Below, piece after piece: positions 37,484 to 49,044 of a stretch of DNA of 49,137 nucleotides. The stretch comes from Chthoniobacterales bacterium (lineage in GTDB: Bacteria; Verrucomicrobiota; Verrucomicrobiia; Chthoniobacterales; JACTMZ01): assembly GCA_040881855.1 (NCBI GenBank), contig JBBECM010000003.1, positions 1 through 49,137 of the forward strand, read 5' to 3'. The notes beneath the pieces were generated by a model. The model ran no database searches and was not told the origin of the DNA. It worked only from the letters and a program-made list of their open reading frames with translations. The position numbers and the translations under genes were made by a program. Each line of letters opens with the position of its first letter. Within the stretch, counting starts at the first letter, position 1.

Positions 37484-38500
37484 GTGGAACATGTACCCAG
37501 CGCCGCGCGCTTGCCGGAAATCATCCGGGCAATGTCCGGTTGCCGTGTTCTTGTCGCGGGCGACCTCATGCTCGACGAGTTCATCTGGGGCAAAGTCTCG
37601 CGCATTTCCCCGGAGGCCCCCGTGCCGGTCGTGGCCGTCGACCGGGAGACTTTTTATCCGGGCGGCGCGGCCAACGTGGCCCGCAACCTCCAGGAGTTCA
37701 CGACGCAGACATCCGTGCTCGGTCTGGCCGGCGAGGATGCGGCCGGCGTCCGCCTGCGCGACCTGCTCGCCGCCGGCGGCATCGGGACCGACGGCGTGGT
37801 GACCCGCGCGGGTCCGACCACGGTGAAGACGCGTATCATCGCGCGCACGCAGCAAGTGGTGCGGGTCGATCGCGAGTTGGCCGAACCCGCGGGCCCGGCC
37901 CAACGCAAATCCCTGCTCGCCGCATTGGAGGCCGCCCTGCCGGAAACGGATGGCGTCATCCTCGAGGACTACGGCAAGGGATTCTTCGACGAGGAGATGT
38001 CGGCGGCGATCATTGACCGCGCGCGCGCCGCGGGTTGCGTGGTGGCCGTCGATCCCAATCCCGGCAACCCGCTCGCCTGGCGCGGCGCGACCGTCATCAA
38101 GCCGAACCGGCACGAGGCCTTCGCCGCAGCCGGCCTCCCGTGGAGCGAACCGTCCGCGCCGCCGCTCGAGGACAAACAACTCCTCCGGGTCGGCGAATCG
38201 CTCCTCGCCAAGTGGGATGCCGACCAACTGCTCGTCACTTTGAGCGAACTCGGCATGATGCTTTTCACCAAGGACGGCCGGCGCCATCACACCCCGACGC
38301 GCGCGCGCGAAGTCTTCGACGTGTCCGGCGCGGGCGACACGGCCATTGCCCTTTACACCCTGGCCCTCTGCGCGGGAGCCACGCCGGTCGAGGCTGCCGA
38401 AATCGCCAACCACGCCAGCGGCGTCGTGGTGGGCAAGCTCGGCACGGCCACGCTCACCCCGGACGAACTTCTCGCCAGTTTCCAAAATCATGCCCGCTGA
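37484..38500 (+). CDS. rfaE1: D-glycero-beta-D-manno-heptose-7-phosphate kinase (stand-alone HldE/RfaE domain I)
   Basis: GDLMLDEF, RISPEAPVPV, GGAANVA, DYGKG and DVSGAGDT. GTG start inferred. Confidence 0.9.
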   Translation: MEHVPSAARLPEIIRAMSGCRVLVAGDLMLDEFIWGKVSRISPEAPVPVVAVDRETFYPGGAANVARNLQEFTTQTSVLGLAGEDAAGVRLRDLLAAGGIGTDGVVTRAGPTTVKTRIIARTQQVVRVDRELAEPAGPAQRKSLLAALEAALPETDGVILEDYGKGFFDEEMSAAIIDRARAAGCVVAVDPNPGNPLAWRGATVIKPNRHEAFAAAGLPWSEPSAPPLEDKQLLRVGESLLAKWDADQLLVTLSELGMMLFTKDGRRHHTPTRAREVFDVSGAGDTAIALYTLALCAGATPVEAAEIANHASGVVVGKLGTATLTPDELLASFQNHAR

Positions 38501-39032
38501 GCGACCGGCCGTTTTTTTCGACCGCGACGGCACTCTCATCCACGAGGTCCACTATTGCGCCAATCCCTCGCAGGTCCGCGCGGTGGAAGGAGCGGCCGAA
38601 GCGCTGGTCAAGTTGTCGCAGGCCGGCTTCGCCCTGGTCATCGTGACCAACCAGAGCGGCATCGGCCGCGGCTACTTCACGCACGACGACTACCACCGGG
38701 TGCACGAGGAGGTGCTCTGGCAACTCAAGCCCGCCGTGATCACCGGCGCTTACTATGACGAAAGCACGCCGGACCGGCCCAGCGCCCGCCGCAAACCCTC
38801 GGCCGCCATGCTCGGGGAAGCCGCCCGCGAGCACGGACTGGATCTCTCGTGCTCATGGATGGTCGGGGATAAGTCCTCGGACGTGGAATGCGGCAGGAAT
38901 GCCGGGCTACGCACCGTGCTGGTCGAGACCGGTCATGGCAAAGACCATCTCGATTGCGGCGCGGATGCCGTTGTGCCCGACATCGGCTACGCTGCGGATT
39001 TCATTTTGCAGGAGACGGCATGTCCGGGGTAA
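38490..39032 (+). CDS. gmhB: Heptose-1,7-bisphosphate phosphatase
   Basis: FDRDGTL, VTNQSGIGRG, RKP and MVGDKSSD motifs. Confidence 0.9.
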   Translation: MPAERPAVFFDRDGTLIHEVHYCANPSQVRAVEGAAEALVKLSQAGFALVIVTNQSGIGRGYFTHDDYHRVHEEVLWQLKPAVITGAYYDESTPDRPSARRKPSAAMLGEAAREHGLDLSCSWMVGDKSSDVECGRNAGLRTVLVETGHGKDHLDCGADAVVPDIGYAADFILQETACPG

Positions 39033-39754
39033 CCGCCATCATCCCCGCCCGCTGGGCCTCGACGCGTTTTCCCGGCAAGCCGCTGGTCGAACTCCGCGGC
39101 AAGGCGCTCGTCCGGCATGTGTGGGAACGTGCACGGCGCGCCAAACTCGTCGATCGCGTCATCATTGCGACCGACGACATGCGCATCGCCGAGGCCGCCT
39201 TTGACTTCGGGGCGGAGGTCGCGCTGACCTCGCCCAAACACCCGACCGGCACGGATCGCCTGGCTGAAGTGGCCAGGAAGCTGAAGTCATCGTCGATTAT
39301 TCTCAATGTCCAAGGCGACGAACCCGACATCGCGCCCGCGACCATCGACCGTCTTTCGCGCGCGCTGCTGGACGACCCGCGGCTCGGCATGGTCACCGCC
39401 GCCAACCCCGTCACCGATCCGGCCGATGTGCACAATCCCAATGTGGTCAAAGTCGTCACCGACCTCGCCGGCCGGGCCCTTTATTTCTCGCGCAGCGTGA
39501 TTCCGTACGATCGCGACGGCCGCGGAGGCATCGAATACCTCCGTCACCAGGGCATCTACGGCTTCCGCCGCAAGGTCTTGCTCGAGTTCGTGAAGTGGAA
39601 ACCGACCCCGCTGGAAAAAGCGGAAAAGCTCGAGCAATTGCGCGCCTTGGAAAACGGCGTGTCCATCGGCGTGATCGTCGTGAAGAAGGCCTCCGTCGGC
39701 GTCGACATCCCGGAAGACGTGGCCAAAGCCGAGCGCGCGTTGGGTGGTTCGTAG
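39020..39754 (+). CDS. kdsB: 3-deoxy-manno-octulosonate cytidylyltransferase
   Basis: IPARWASTRFPGKPL, GTDR, NVQGDEP and LEQLRALENG motifs. Confidence 0.95.
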   Translation: MSGVTAIIPARWASTRFPGKPLVELRGKALVRHVWERARRAKLVDRVIIATDDMRIAEAAFDFGAEVALTSPKHPTGTDRLAEVARKLKSSSIILNVQGDEPDIAPATIDRLSRALLDDPRLGMVTAANPVTDPADVHNPNVVKVVTDLAGRALYFSRSVIPYDRDGRGGIEYLRHQGIYGFRRKVLLEFVKWKPTPLEKAEKLEQLRALENGVSIGVIVVKKASVGVDIPEDVAKAERALGGS

Positions 39755-39773
39755 CGGCGGCCGCTGACCGCCG
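39751..39773. repeat. Single GTAG-type REP-like hairpin containing the kdsB stop codon
   Basis: GTAG cggcgg ccgctga ccgccg. Confidence 0.45.
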
Positions 39774-39834
39774 GAACAAAGGTCGTTCGCGAACAAAAGT
39801 TTATTCGGTGTCCAAACCTCGGTCGGCCTGCTAG

Positions 39835-41451
<1,617 letters not shown>

Positions 41452-41552
41452 GCCGGGCGCATGGAGCAGATTTCACCCTTGGTCGACCTCTCGGGATTTC
41501 TGTTCACTGCTTGATTCTGCCGAGGCCCGCACTATGAGTGGGGGCTTCACTC

Positions 41553-43394
41553 ATGCCTGACGAAAAGTCCTCTGCCTTGCGCCGCGCCCTGGCCGCACCC
41601 GGCCACCTGTTCCTCCGCTGGTGGCGGGAGGCGACGGGTCCGCTGCTGAGCAACGATCATCCCCTTTTGGTCGACGCGCTCCTGCGTCGCCTCTTGGTCT
41701 TGTCGCCGGTGCTCCTTCTCATGGTGGCCCTCCTTGGCGCCCTCGGGTTTTATCTTTTCGTCGGCTGGCGGGCGCGGGATCTCACGGCCAAGGCGCTGGC
41801 CAGTGTGGAAGCGGGCAGTTTGCCCTTCGCCCGCCGGCAAATTGCCGCGGCGGCGAACTTGCGGCCGGATGATCCGGTCGTACAGCGCGCCCGGGCGGTG
41901 ATCGAAAGCCGGGTCGGCAACCCGGACGCGGTGGCCATGTGGCAGGAAATGGCCGACACCGGGGTTCTCACCGATGACGAGGTCGACGCCCGTGCGGAGA
42001 TTATGACAGCGCGCGGCGACGACGGGCAATTTGCCGCCGCACTGGCCGCCTTGGAGGCGCAGGGTGGGGCCGGCCGCGCGGCCGAATTGCGCTCCTTCCG
42101 CAGTCTGCGCGGCGGCGATCTGGAGCAAGCCATCGCCCAAGCACGCACCGCTGCCACCTTGTCCGACGAACCCCGCCTGCGCCTGCGGCTCATCCAGCTG
42201 CTGGCCGTCCGGCATGGTCTCTTCCTCTCCGATCGTGCCAAGGCCGGGCCGCGTGATCTGGCCGCCGCGGCGGAAATGATCGCTCTGATCGACGGTCTGG
42301 CCGGCACGCCGTCGGGCGACCAGGCGTTGGCCATCGGCCTGGAGGCCCCCTATTTTCCGGCGCGCAAGAAAGCCGAGTGGGCCGAAGCCGCTTGGCGCAA
42401 TCCGATCGATGCCAACCCTGCGCTCCTCCTCGCCGCCGAATTCCTCGCCGTCTCCGGGGCAGAAAGTGCCGAATCGCTTCGCGACAAACTGCAGGGCCTC
42501 TATGTCGGCGCGCCTTTGCCGCGCCGCGCCGCCTTCGCCCAGTGGATGCTGCGACGCGGCATGAGCGAGCAGGTGCTCGTCACGGTGTCGGCCAAGAACG
42601 CGGCGGAGGACGAAGCGATGTTCCGTCTCCGCGCATCGGCTCTCGGTTCGCTCGGCCGCTGGGAGGAAGTCTTGCGCTTGGCCGAGACGCCGGACGAGGC
42701 GGCAAGCAACACGCCAAGCAACACGACGGCCGGGATACCCGAGTCGGCGCGCCTTCTGGTCAGATCCCGTGCGGCGCGCGAGCTCGGACGCCCGGGGGAA
42801 GCCGACGAATTGATCCGCACGGCGCTGCGGACCTCGGCGGCCGAAGGCCGTTTCGGTCAAGCCGTCGAGTTGGCCGACCTGCAGGGGCTGCGCGCCCTGG
42901 CCGACGAAGCCATCGTCGATCTGTGCGGCGAGGCGGACAAGGCCGATGGCGCCTTCGGCCTGGCCCGCGACCGGTTCGGGCGGCGCGGGCAATTCGCCAC
43001 GCTCGATCAGGCCCACGCCGCGGCGCGCCAGTCCTCGCCGGACGCGAAGTCCGTGCGGGTTTACGAGCGCTACCGGGAAATTCTCGAGGGAAAAAACCTG
43101 GACCTTTCCGTCACGGCCGAAGCCGTGGCTGCTGCTCCGACCGATGTCGGCACGCGCTTCAACCACGCGCTGGCCTTGCTCAAAGCGGGGCAGGCGACGG
43201 AGGCACTTGCGGTCTTCGACGACCTTGACGTCATCGTCGATCAATTGCCCCCCGGCCTGCGTGCCGTGAGCGCCGCGGTGCTTCATGCCTCCGGCGACCT
43301 GAACTCGCTTGTGCTGGTCCGAGATATCGACCCCGACCTGCTCACCCCCGAGGAATACGCCCTCATTGCCCCGCTGCGCCATACGAGGCCCTGA
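41553..43394 (+). CDS. Membrane-anchored TPR-like helical protein
   Basis: One TM segment near the N-terminus, then Ala-rich helical repeats (RFNHALALLKAGQATEALAVF). Confidence 0.7.
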   Translation: MPDEKSSALRRALAAPGHLFLRWWREATGPLLSNDHPLLVDALLRRLLVLSPVLLLMVALLGALGFYLFVGWRARDLTAKALASVEAGSLPFARRQIAAAANLRPDDPVVQRARAVIESRVGNPDAVAMWQEMADTGVLTDDEVDARAEIMTARGDDGQFAAALAALEAQGGAGRAAELRSFRSLRGGDLEQAIAQARTAATLSDEPRLRLRLIQLLAVRHGLFLSDRAKAGPRDLAAAAEMIALIDGLAGTPSGDQALAIGLEAPYFPARKKAEWAEAAWRNPIDANPALLLAAEFLAVSGAESAESLRDKLQGLYVGAPLPRRAAFAQWMLRRGMSEQVLVTVSAKNAAEDEAMFRLRASALGSLGRWEEVLRLAETPDEAASNTPSNTTAGIPESARLLVRSRAARELGRPGEADELIRTALRTSAAEGRFGQAVELADLQGLRALADEAIVDLCGEADKADGAFGLARDRFGRRGQFATLDQAHAAARQSSPDAKSVRVYERYREILEGKNLDLSVTAEAVAAAPTDVGTRFNHALALLKAGQATEALAVFDDLDVIVDQLPPGLRAVSAAVLHASGDLNSLVLVRDIDPDLLTPEEYALIAPLRHTRP

Positions 43395-43421
43395 CCGGAC
43401 CACGCTCTCCGGCCAGATTGC

Positions 43422-43805
43422 TCAGGCGGCCGGCCAGCGGCCCGCGATGATGAGGGCGCAGAGGACGAGCACCGAGAGGGCCGGCACGGCTCTCTTGAAC
43501 GGGTCGCCCACTTTGACATGCATAGCCAGCGCCCCGGCCATGAGCACGGCGACCAGCATGGCGGCGGGCAGCACCAAGCCGGAGAGGACGGGGAGTAACC
43601 CGCCGAGCAGGGCAAAAGCGGATGCCACTTTGAGAAATCCCACGAGGTAACATGACCACGCGGGCAAACCATAGGCGGCAAACTCCTCCCGCATGTTGGC
43701 CGCGGCGCGGCCGCGGTAGGCAGTGGACTTGTTGAAACGCAGCAGCCACACATTGAGCAGGCCGCAGCCGACGATGATCTGGCAGATTGGGACGAGGGTT
43801 TTCAT
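43422..43805 (-). CDS. DoxX-like membrane protein
   Basis: LLNVWLLRF, EEFAAYGLP and MAGALAMHVKVGDP; four hydrophobic segments. Start moved to MKTLVP. Confidence 0.8.
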   Translation of the reverse strand: MKTLVPICQIIVGCGLLNVWLLRFNKSTAYRGRAAANMREEFAAYGLPAWSCYLVGFLKVASAFALLGGLLPVLSGLVLPAAMLVAVLMAGALAMHVKVGDPFKRAVPALSVLVLCALIIAGRWPAA

Positions 43806-43979
43806 GGTTCGATGAACGGCTGTCAGCCGTGGAGCCGGACAGTTTTGATCACGGATGGCACCGGGGAGCAAGACATCATCGTGCGGCGGCAAGGTGAAGA
43901 CTGCGCTCCCTCCATGCATCGGCGGTTCCCCTTCTTCTCCGTGCTGGCCATGGATTGAGGGAAAGGTGAGAGTGCCCGC

Positions 43980-44324
43980 GTGTCCGGTCTCGACCTTCTC
44001 ATCGCGCTGTCCGCGGCGGGCTTCTTGTTTTACGGGCTGGCCTGTTTGTTCTCGCCCAAGCTGGTGGCGGAATTCCAACGCTACCGCTTGGCGCGCTTCC
44101 GCGCCTTGGTCGGTTCGCTCGAGGTGGCCGGGGCACTCGGCCTCGTCGCGGGCTGGTGGTTCCCGCCGCTGCAAATCGCGGCGGCGGCCGGACTTTTTGT
44201 CCTCATGCTCTGCGGTCTGTGGGCCCGTTGGCGTATCCGCGATACATGGTCAGCCATGCTCCCGGCCCTCGTTCTGGCCGTGATCAACCTGGTCATCGTC
44301 TTCCTCTCCATTGCCGGACGCTGA
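43980..44324 (+). CDS. DoxX-like membrane protein
   Basis: EFQRYRL...LVGSLEVAGALGL and R.RIRD; four hydrophobic segments; GTG start. Confidence 0.8.
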   Translation: MSGLDLLIALSAAGFLFYGLACLFSPKLVAEFQRYRLARFRALVGSLEVAGALGLVAGWWFPPLQIAAAAGLFVLMLCGLWARWRIRDTWSAMLPALVLAVINLVIVFLSIAGR

Positions 44325-44405
44325 GTGCGTTCGTCGCCAAAGGTCCGCGCCCCTTCCTCCGATGTGGCAGGGTGCGCTGCGGTGTGTTAAACGTGCAGAC
44401 ATTCC

Positions 44406-45176
44406 ATGGATCTTGCCGCGCTTTTTTCCGATGCCTTGACGCTCAATTCGCTCGCCACCCTCGCTTTGCTCGTCGGGCTGGAACTGGTGCTGGGCATTGA
44501 CAATGTGCTGGTCATTTCCATCGTGGTCTCGCGCTTGCCGGCGCACCAGCGCGACCGGGCGCGGATTCTCGGGCTGTTCATCGCGCTGGTGGCGCGTCTC
44601 GTTTTCGTGGCCGGGGCGTTCTGGCTGGTGCATCTCACTGATCCGATTGTGGCGGGCTTTCCGTTTTCTTGGCGCGACGTGGTGCTCATTGCGGGCGGAT
44701 TGTTCCTGCTGTGGAAGGCGGTGCGGGAGATCCATCATGTGGTGGAGTTGAAGGACGAGCATGGCGGCGGTCAGGCGGTGGCGGGTTTCGGGTCAGCCAT
44801 TGTCCAGATCGTGCTGCTCGACATGGTGTTCTCGCTCGATTCGGTCATTACCGCGGTCGGTCTCACCCCCAATTTGTTGATCATCGGCTTCGCCGTGATT
44901 GCCTCGTTCCTCGTGATTCTTGCCTACGCCAAGACGATCGGGGATTTCATCATGCACCGTCCGGCGCTGAAGATTCTCGCGCTGGCCTTTCTGGTCACGA
45001 TCGGCGTGACTATTTTCCTCGAGGGCATGCATCAGCACGTGGCCAAGGCTTACATTTATTTGCCGATGGGATTCGCGCTGCTCGTCGAGTTGCTGCAGAT
45101 GCGCCACGATACGAACAGGCGCCGGGTGACGGGCGTGCGCGGTGAGGGGATCGAACCCCCGACCAACTCGGTGTAA
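44406..45176 (+). CDS. TerC family membrane protein
   Basis: LELVLGIDN, GGLFLLWKA..EIH and DMVFSLDSVITAVG motifs. The 3' end overlaps tRNA-Val. Confidence 0.92.
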   Translation: MDLAALFSDALTLNSLATLALLVGLELVLGIDNVLVISIVVSRLPAHQRDRARILGLFIALVARLVFVAGAFWLVHLTDPIVAGFPFSWRDVVLIAGGLFLLWKAVREIHHVVELKDEHGGGQAVAGFGSAIVQIVLLDMVFSLDSVITAVGLTPNLLIIGFAVIASFLVILAYAKTIGDFIMHRPALKILALAFLVTIGVTIFLEGMHQHVAKAYIYLPMGFALLVELLQMRHDTNRRRVTGVRGEGIEPPTNSV

Positions 45177-45207
45177 GCGAGCCGCTCTACCGCTGAGCTA
45201 ACCGCGC
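45136..45207 (-). tRNA. tRNA-Val(TAC)
   Basis: GCGCGGT acceptor, GCTCG-CTTACAC-CGAGT anticodon arm, GGGGG-TTCGATC-CCCTC T arm. No encoded CCA. Confidence 0.94.
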
Positions 45208-45295
45208 TGAAACGGTGGACCACGAAACGCCCCGTAGTCTTGAGGAAGCTTAGCATCGACGGCCCGCCGCGCCCAGACGGAAAGGCCCATCGCGT

Positions 45296-46069
45296 TCAGA
45301 TGCGGCGCACCGCGATTTTCCGCCAGTGGGCGCGGTCGGCGGCGCCCGTGAAGGTGGCCTCCTGCTCCCGGAGGCGACCGGCCGTGGCGACCGCTCGCCC
45401 GGCGACCAGAACTTCGTTCATGGCCGCGGGCGAGGTGACGGAGCGCACTTCGGCGAAGTTTTCGCGCAGCAGCCGGCGGGTCGCCGTCTGGGTGGTGCGG
45501 TGACCCGGACCGGTCACGAGATTGACGGCCAGCACCCCGCCCGGTGCGACGCAGCGGCGCAGGTTATCCAGCAGCGAGCGGTCCATGGCCTGCGGACGGA
45601 ATACGTCGGTGCGTCCGGCCAGGTAGATGTCGTCGATGACCACGTCGAAGGTGCGACGGTTTTTTTCCAGCCAGCGGTAAGCATCGCCAATCACGATCTC
45701 AATGCGGGTGTCGTCGAGCGCCATGTGTCGACGGGCGAGCGCGATGATTTCGCGGTCGATATCAATTGCAGTGAGACGGCAGTCAGGCAGTAGATGGCGC
45801 AAAGTGCGGAAAGTTGTGCCGCCGGCCAAGCCGAGCATGAGCACCGACCGGGGTTGGTCGCGGTGTCCGAGCAGCGCGGCCGCAGCCAACATATCCCAGA
45901 CCAAGCCGGTGAGAAAACGGTGGGAGTGGTGGAACGCATGCACCGCGCCCTCCACGCGGAATTCCGTGGCCAGAGCAGACCTCCAGATTTCCAAGTTTTG
46001 ATGCGCAGTCTGCACGACGAACGTGCGACGCATGTGTGCCGGACGGACTTTTTCGCTCCGGCTCTTCAT
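45296..46069 (-). CDS. Spermidine-synthase-like class I SAM-dependent transferase
   Basis: VLMLGLAGGT, IDID..II..AR, GDA, FDVVIDD and PGGVLAVN motifs. Confidence 0.8.
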   Translation of the reverse strand: MKSRSEKVRPAHMRRTFVVQTAHQNLEIWRSALATEFRVEGAVHAFHHSHRFLTGLVWDMLAAAALLGHRDQPRSVLMLGLAGGTTFRTLRHLLPDCRLTAIDIDREIIALARRHMALDDTRIEIVIGDAYRWLEKNRRTFDVVIDDIYLAGRTDVFRPQAMDRSLLDNLRRCVAPGGVLAVNLVTGPGHRTTQTATRRLLRENFAEVRSVTSPAAMNEVLVAGRAVATAGRLREQEATFTGAADRAHWRKIAVRRI

Positions 46070-46854
46070 TCCGGTGCCACGGTATGCGGAACTGGGTCAA
46101 TCGCGGGCGTGGAGATCTTTTTTCGCCAGACGTGCAGACGGCGGAACACGGTCAGGGCGAGGAGGCGCGCGTGGATGCACACGAGCAGAAAGTTGTCCCG
46201 TCCGTAGCGGAAGTGGCTAATGCCCTGGCGCGCGTAGCGAATTGGCGTCGGCAGGTCGATGCAGTAGATTCCTCGCTGCGCGAGGAGGATGCCGGTCATG
46301 GTTTCAAAATCGAAACCGCGGCCGAGTGGTGTGGCGCCAAGGGTGCGCGTGGTGGCGTCGAGCGGATAAACCCGAAATCCGCAGAGTGAATCGCGGGGAC
46401 CTTCGCCGCTTGTCGCGAGCCCGGCCCAGAAATTGGCCACGCGATGTCCGATCACCCGAATGCGCGGAGCGTCCGGACCGAAGACGGGAACTCCGGAGAT
46501 GAGCGCATCCGGGTTTGCGAGGGACGACGCCATGAAGCGGGCAATGTCCGCGGCGCGATGTTGTCCGTCCGCATCGAAGGTGGCTGCATGGGTGAATCCG
46601 TTTTCGATCGCCCAGCTAAAACCGGCGAGCACTGCGGCGCCTTTACCTTGGTTCGTCGGCAGATGCAGGATATGCAGACCGTCAGTCGGCGGAAGCCCGT
46701 CGCTGCCGTCAGTCGAACCGTCGATCACAACAATGACCGGTCGCCAGCAAGCCATGACGTCGCGCACGGTCTGCGCGAGGAGCGGGCCGCTGTTGTAGCT
46801 CGGGATGACAACGCACCGGCGCGGATCGATCGGAACCGGCAGCGTGTCGGGCAT
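46066..46854 (-). CDS. Glycosyltransferase family 2
   Basis: VIPSYN, DGSTDG, NQGKGAAV, DADGQH and DSLCGFRVYPL motifs. Confidence 0.88.
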   Translation of the reverse strand: MPDTLPVPIDPRRCVVIPSYNSGPLLAQTVRDVMACWRPVIVVIDGSTDGSDGLPPTDGLHILHLPTNQGKGAAVLAGFSWAIENGFTHAATFDADGQHRAADIARFMASSLANPDALISGVPVFGPDAPRIRVIGHRVANFWAGLATSGEGPRDSLCGFRVYPLDATTRTLGATPLGRGFDFETMTGILLAQRGIYCIDLPTPIRYARQGISHFRYGRDNFLLVCIHARLLALTVFRRLHVWRKKISTPAIDPVPHTVAPE

Positions 46855-46855
46855 G

Positions 46856-48355
46856 TTATGCCCCGTGCTGTTTTTTGTCCCCGACCCAATCGAAATGGAA
46901 AAATTCCCCCTTCGGCTGGTCGGTGCGCTCGTAGGTGTGGGCGCCGAAATAGTCGCGCTGGGCTTGGAGCAAATTCGCGGGCAAACGTTCCGAGCGGTAG
47001 CTGTCGAAGTAGGCGAGCGAGGCGCTGAAGGCCGGGGTCGGCAGACCGGAGAGCACGGCGTCGGAAACAATCTTGCGCCAGTGGGACTGCGTGCGCTCGA
47101 TGACGTCTTGGAAATACGGATCGAGCAGCAGATTGGGCAAGGCCGGATCACGGTCGAACGCTTCTTTGATCCGCTGCAGGAAACGCGCGCGGATGATGCA
47201 ACCGCCACGCCAGATCATGGCGATCTCGCCGAAGTGGAGCGGCCAGTTTTGCTCCGCGGCCACCGCGCGCATGAGGGCGAAGCCCTGCGCGTAGGAGCAG
47301 ATTTTCGAGGCGTAGAGCGAGTCGCGGACCGCGTCGATCAGTTCCTGCTTGTCGCCGGGGAAATGCGGTTGCGGTCCTTTGAGGATTTTCGAGGCGGCGA
47401 CGCGTTCTTCTTTCAGCGCGCTGATGCAGCGGGCGAAGACGGCTTCGGAAATGGTCGAGATGGGAATGCCGGCGTTGAGTCCGTCGGTCACGGTCCATTT
47501 GCCGGTGCCTTTTTGTCCGGCGCGGTCCTGGATGACATCGACAATGGGCGCGCCGGTCACCGGGTCTTTCACCGCGAGGATGTCGGCTGTGATTTCGATG
47601 AGAAAGGAATCGAGGTCGCCGGTATTCCAATCGGCGAAGGCTTTTTGCGTTTCCTCGATGGAGAGTCCGAGTCCGTGGCGCAGGATGTTGTAGGCCTCGC
47701 AGATCAGCTGCATGTCGCCGTATTCGATGCCGTTGTGGACCATCTTGACGAAATGGCCGGCGCCGTTGGGTCCGATGTAAGTGGTGCAGGGTACCCCGCC
47801 GGCGATCGGCTTGCCGGGGGCGGCGCCTTCGAGCGGCTTGCCCGTCTTGGCATCGACCTTGGCCGCGATGGCGTTCCAGATGGGAGCGAGTTCTTTCCAC
47901 GAGGATTCGGCGCCGCCGGGCATGAGCGAGGGGCCGAAGCGGGCGCCTTCTTCACCGCCGGACACGCCGGAGCCGATGAAGCGCAGGTTTTTTGCGGTGA
48001 GTTCCTTCTCGCGGCGGATGGTGTCGTTCCACAGCGCGTTGCCGCCGTCGATGATGATGTCGTCCTTGTCGAGCAAGGGCACGAGGTTGTCGATGACCGC
48101 GTCGGTTGCTTTGCCGGCCTGGACGAGGATGACGATTTTGCGCGGGTGCTGGATCGAGGCGACGAAGTCTTCGAGGGTCAGCGCGGCATGGAGTCCACCC
48201 GGGGTGCCGGGATGCTTTTTGACAAATTCCTCGGTCTTCGAGGTCGTGCGATTGTAGACCGAAATGCGGAAGCCGTGGTCGGCGATGTTCAGCGCGAGGT
48301 TCTGACCCATGACGGCGAGGCCGATGAGACCGATGTCGGAAAGTTCTTTGCTCAT
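46856..48355 (-). CDS. gnd: 6-phosphogluconate dehydrogenase, decarboxylating
   Basis: [40 protein letters not shown] and [12 protein letters not shown] motifs. Confidence 0.97.
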   Translation of the reverse strand: MSKELSDIGLIGLAVMGQNLALNIADHGFRISVYNRTTSKTEEFVKKHPGTPGGLHAALTLEDFVASIQHPRKIVILVQAGKATDAVIDNLVPLLDKDDIIIDGGNALWNDTIRREKELTAKNLRFIGSGVSGGEEGARFGPSLMPGGAESSWKELAPIWNAIAAKVDAKTGKPLEGAAPGKPIAGGVPCTTYIGPNGAGHFVKMVHNGIEYGDMQLICEAYNILRHGLGLSIEETQKAFADWNTGDLDSFLIEITADILAVKDPVTGAPIVDVIQDRAGQKGTGKWTVTDGLNAGIPISTISEAVFARCISALKEERVAASKILKGPQPHFPGDKQELIDAVRDSLYASKICSYAQGFALMRAVAAEQNWPLHFGEIAMIWRGGCIIRARFLQRIKEAFDRDPALPNLLLDPYFQDVIERTQSHWRKIVSDAVLSGLPTPAFSASLAYFDSYRSERLPANLLQAQRDYFGAHTYERTDQPKGEFFHFDWVGDKKQHGA

Positions 48356-48417
48356 AAGACGAGAGCGCCATGAGCCTAGCGGCAGGAAGGGCTTGGGGCC
48401 AAGTGGATTGCGGGGGG

Positions 48418-48485
48418 AGGTAGGGACGCGCGGCTCGCGCGTCCGTTTCAGAACGATCGGACGAGCGGGCCGCTCGTCCCTACCT
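48418..48485. repeat. REP inverted doublet (REPIN-like), copy 1
   Basis: AGGTAGGGACGCGCGGCTCGCGCGTCCG-spacer-CGGACGAGCGGGCCGCTCGTCCCTACCT. Confidence 0.9.
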
Positions 48486-49008
48486 GACGGAGAAGGCGCG
48501 GGCGTCGGGACCCCCAGCCTCGTTGCAGAGTCCCGCCGCGCGGGTCCGACCATAGGAGCCAGGGCCATGCCGCGGCGTCGTCGACAAGGCCGGCGCGAAC
48601 TGGATTCGCGAGGACGTAGTTGAACTTTTCGGTCGCGCTTTCGTCGGCGCGGAGGCGGTGTTCGAAGAAATCGCGCTGCCATGTGATGCGCAGATGTTTT
48701 GCGGTCCACGCTTTCCAAGATTTGATGACGTGCTGGATGCCCTTGGTTTGCTGCGGGAAGGAGAGCAGCGCGTGGATGTGGTCCGGCATGAGGAGAAAGA
48801 GTTGGATGAACCACTGATTGGACTCGTGGCGGAAGGCAGCGCTTTGCACAAGGCCGGGGGCCGTTGCATCGGTGCACAACTGGTTTTTGCCGCGCGGCAG
48901 GCTGTTGATGGTTATGAAGTAAACCTCGGCGGAGGGATCGATCCATAGGGGGATCTCATGCGGCAGGTTCCGGCGGGACGGAAACAAGGGTGGTTCCGGA
49001 TGCGGCAT
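48448..49008 (-). mobile_element. REP-associated tyrosine transposase (RAYT; HUH/Y1, IS200-like)
   Basis: YFIT, MPDHIH (HUH), [11 protein letters not shown] and Y...NPVRAGLV...WPW motifs; flanked by REP doublets. Confidence 0.9.
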
Positions 49009-49044
49009 TGCCCCCGAAATTAGGAGCCGACGGCGAAGGATACA

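Noticed and set aside
39774-39797. GAAC/GTTC inverted motifs upstream of pyrG as a possible LexA box
   Set aside because: Spacing does not match the TGTTC-N4-GAACA pattern I recall for Verrucomicrobia, and pyrG is not a typical SOS gene.
43955-43985. gagggaaaggtgagagtgcccgc, resembling a cobalamin riboswitch core
   Set aside because: Too short, lacks the paired stems and B12 box, and abuts the start codon. An Rfam scan would settle it.
48356-48946. Apparent 197-aa N-terminal extension of Gnd (696-aa ORF)
   Set aside because: The extension is an alternative frame over the RAYT and REP region. Gnd homology starts at MSKELSDIG (48355).
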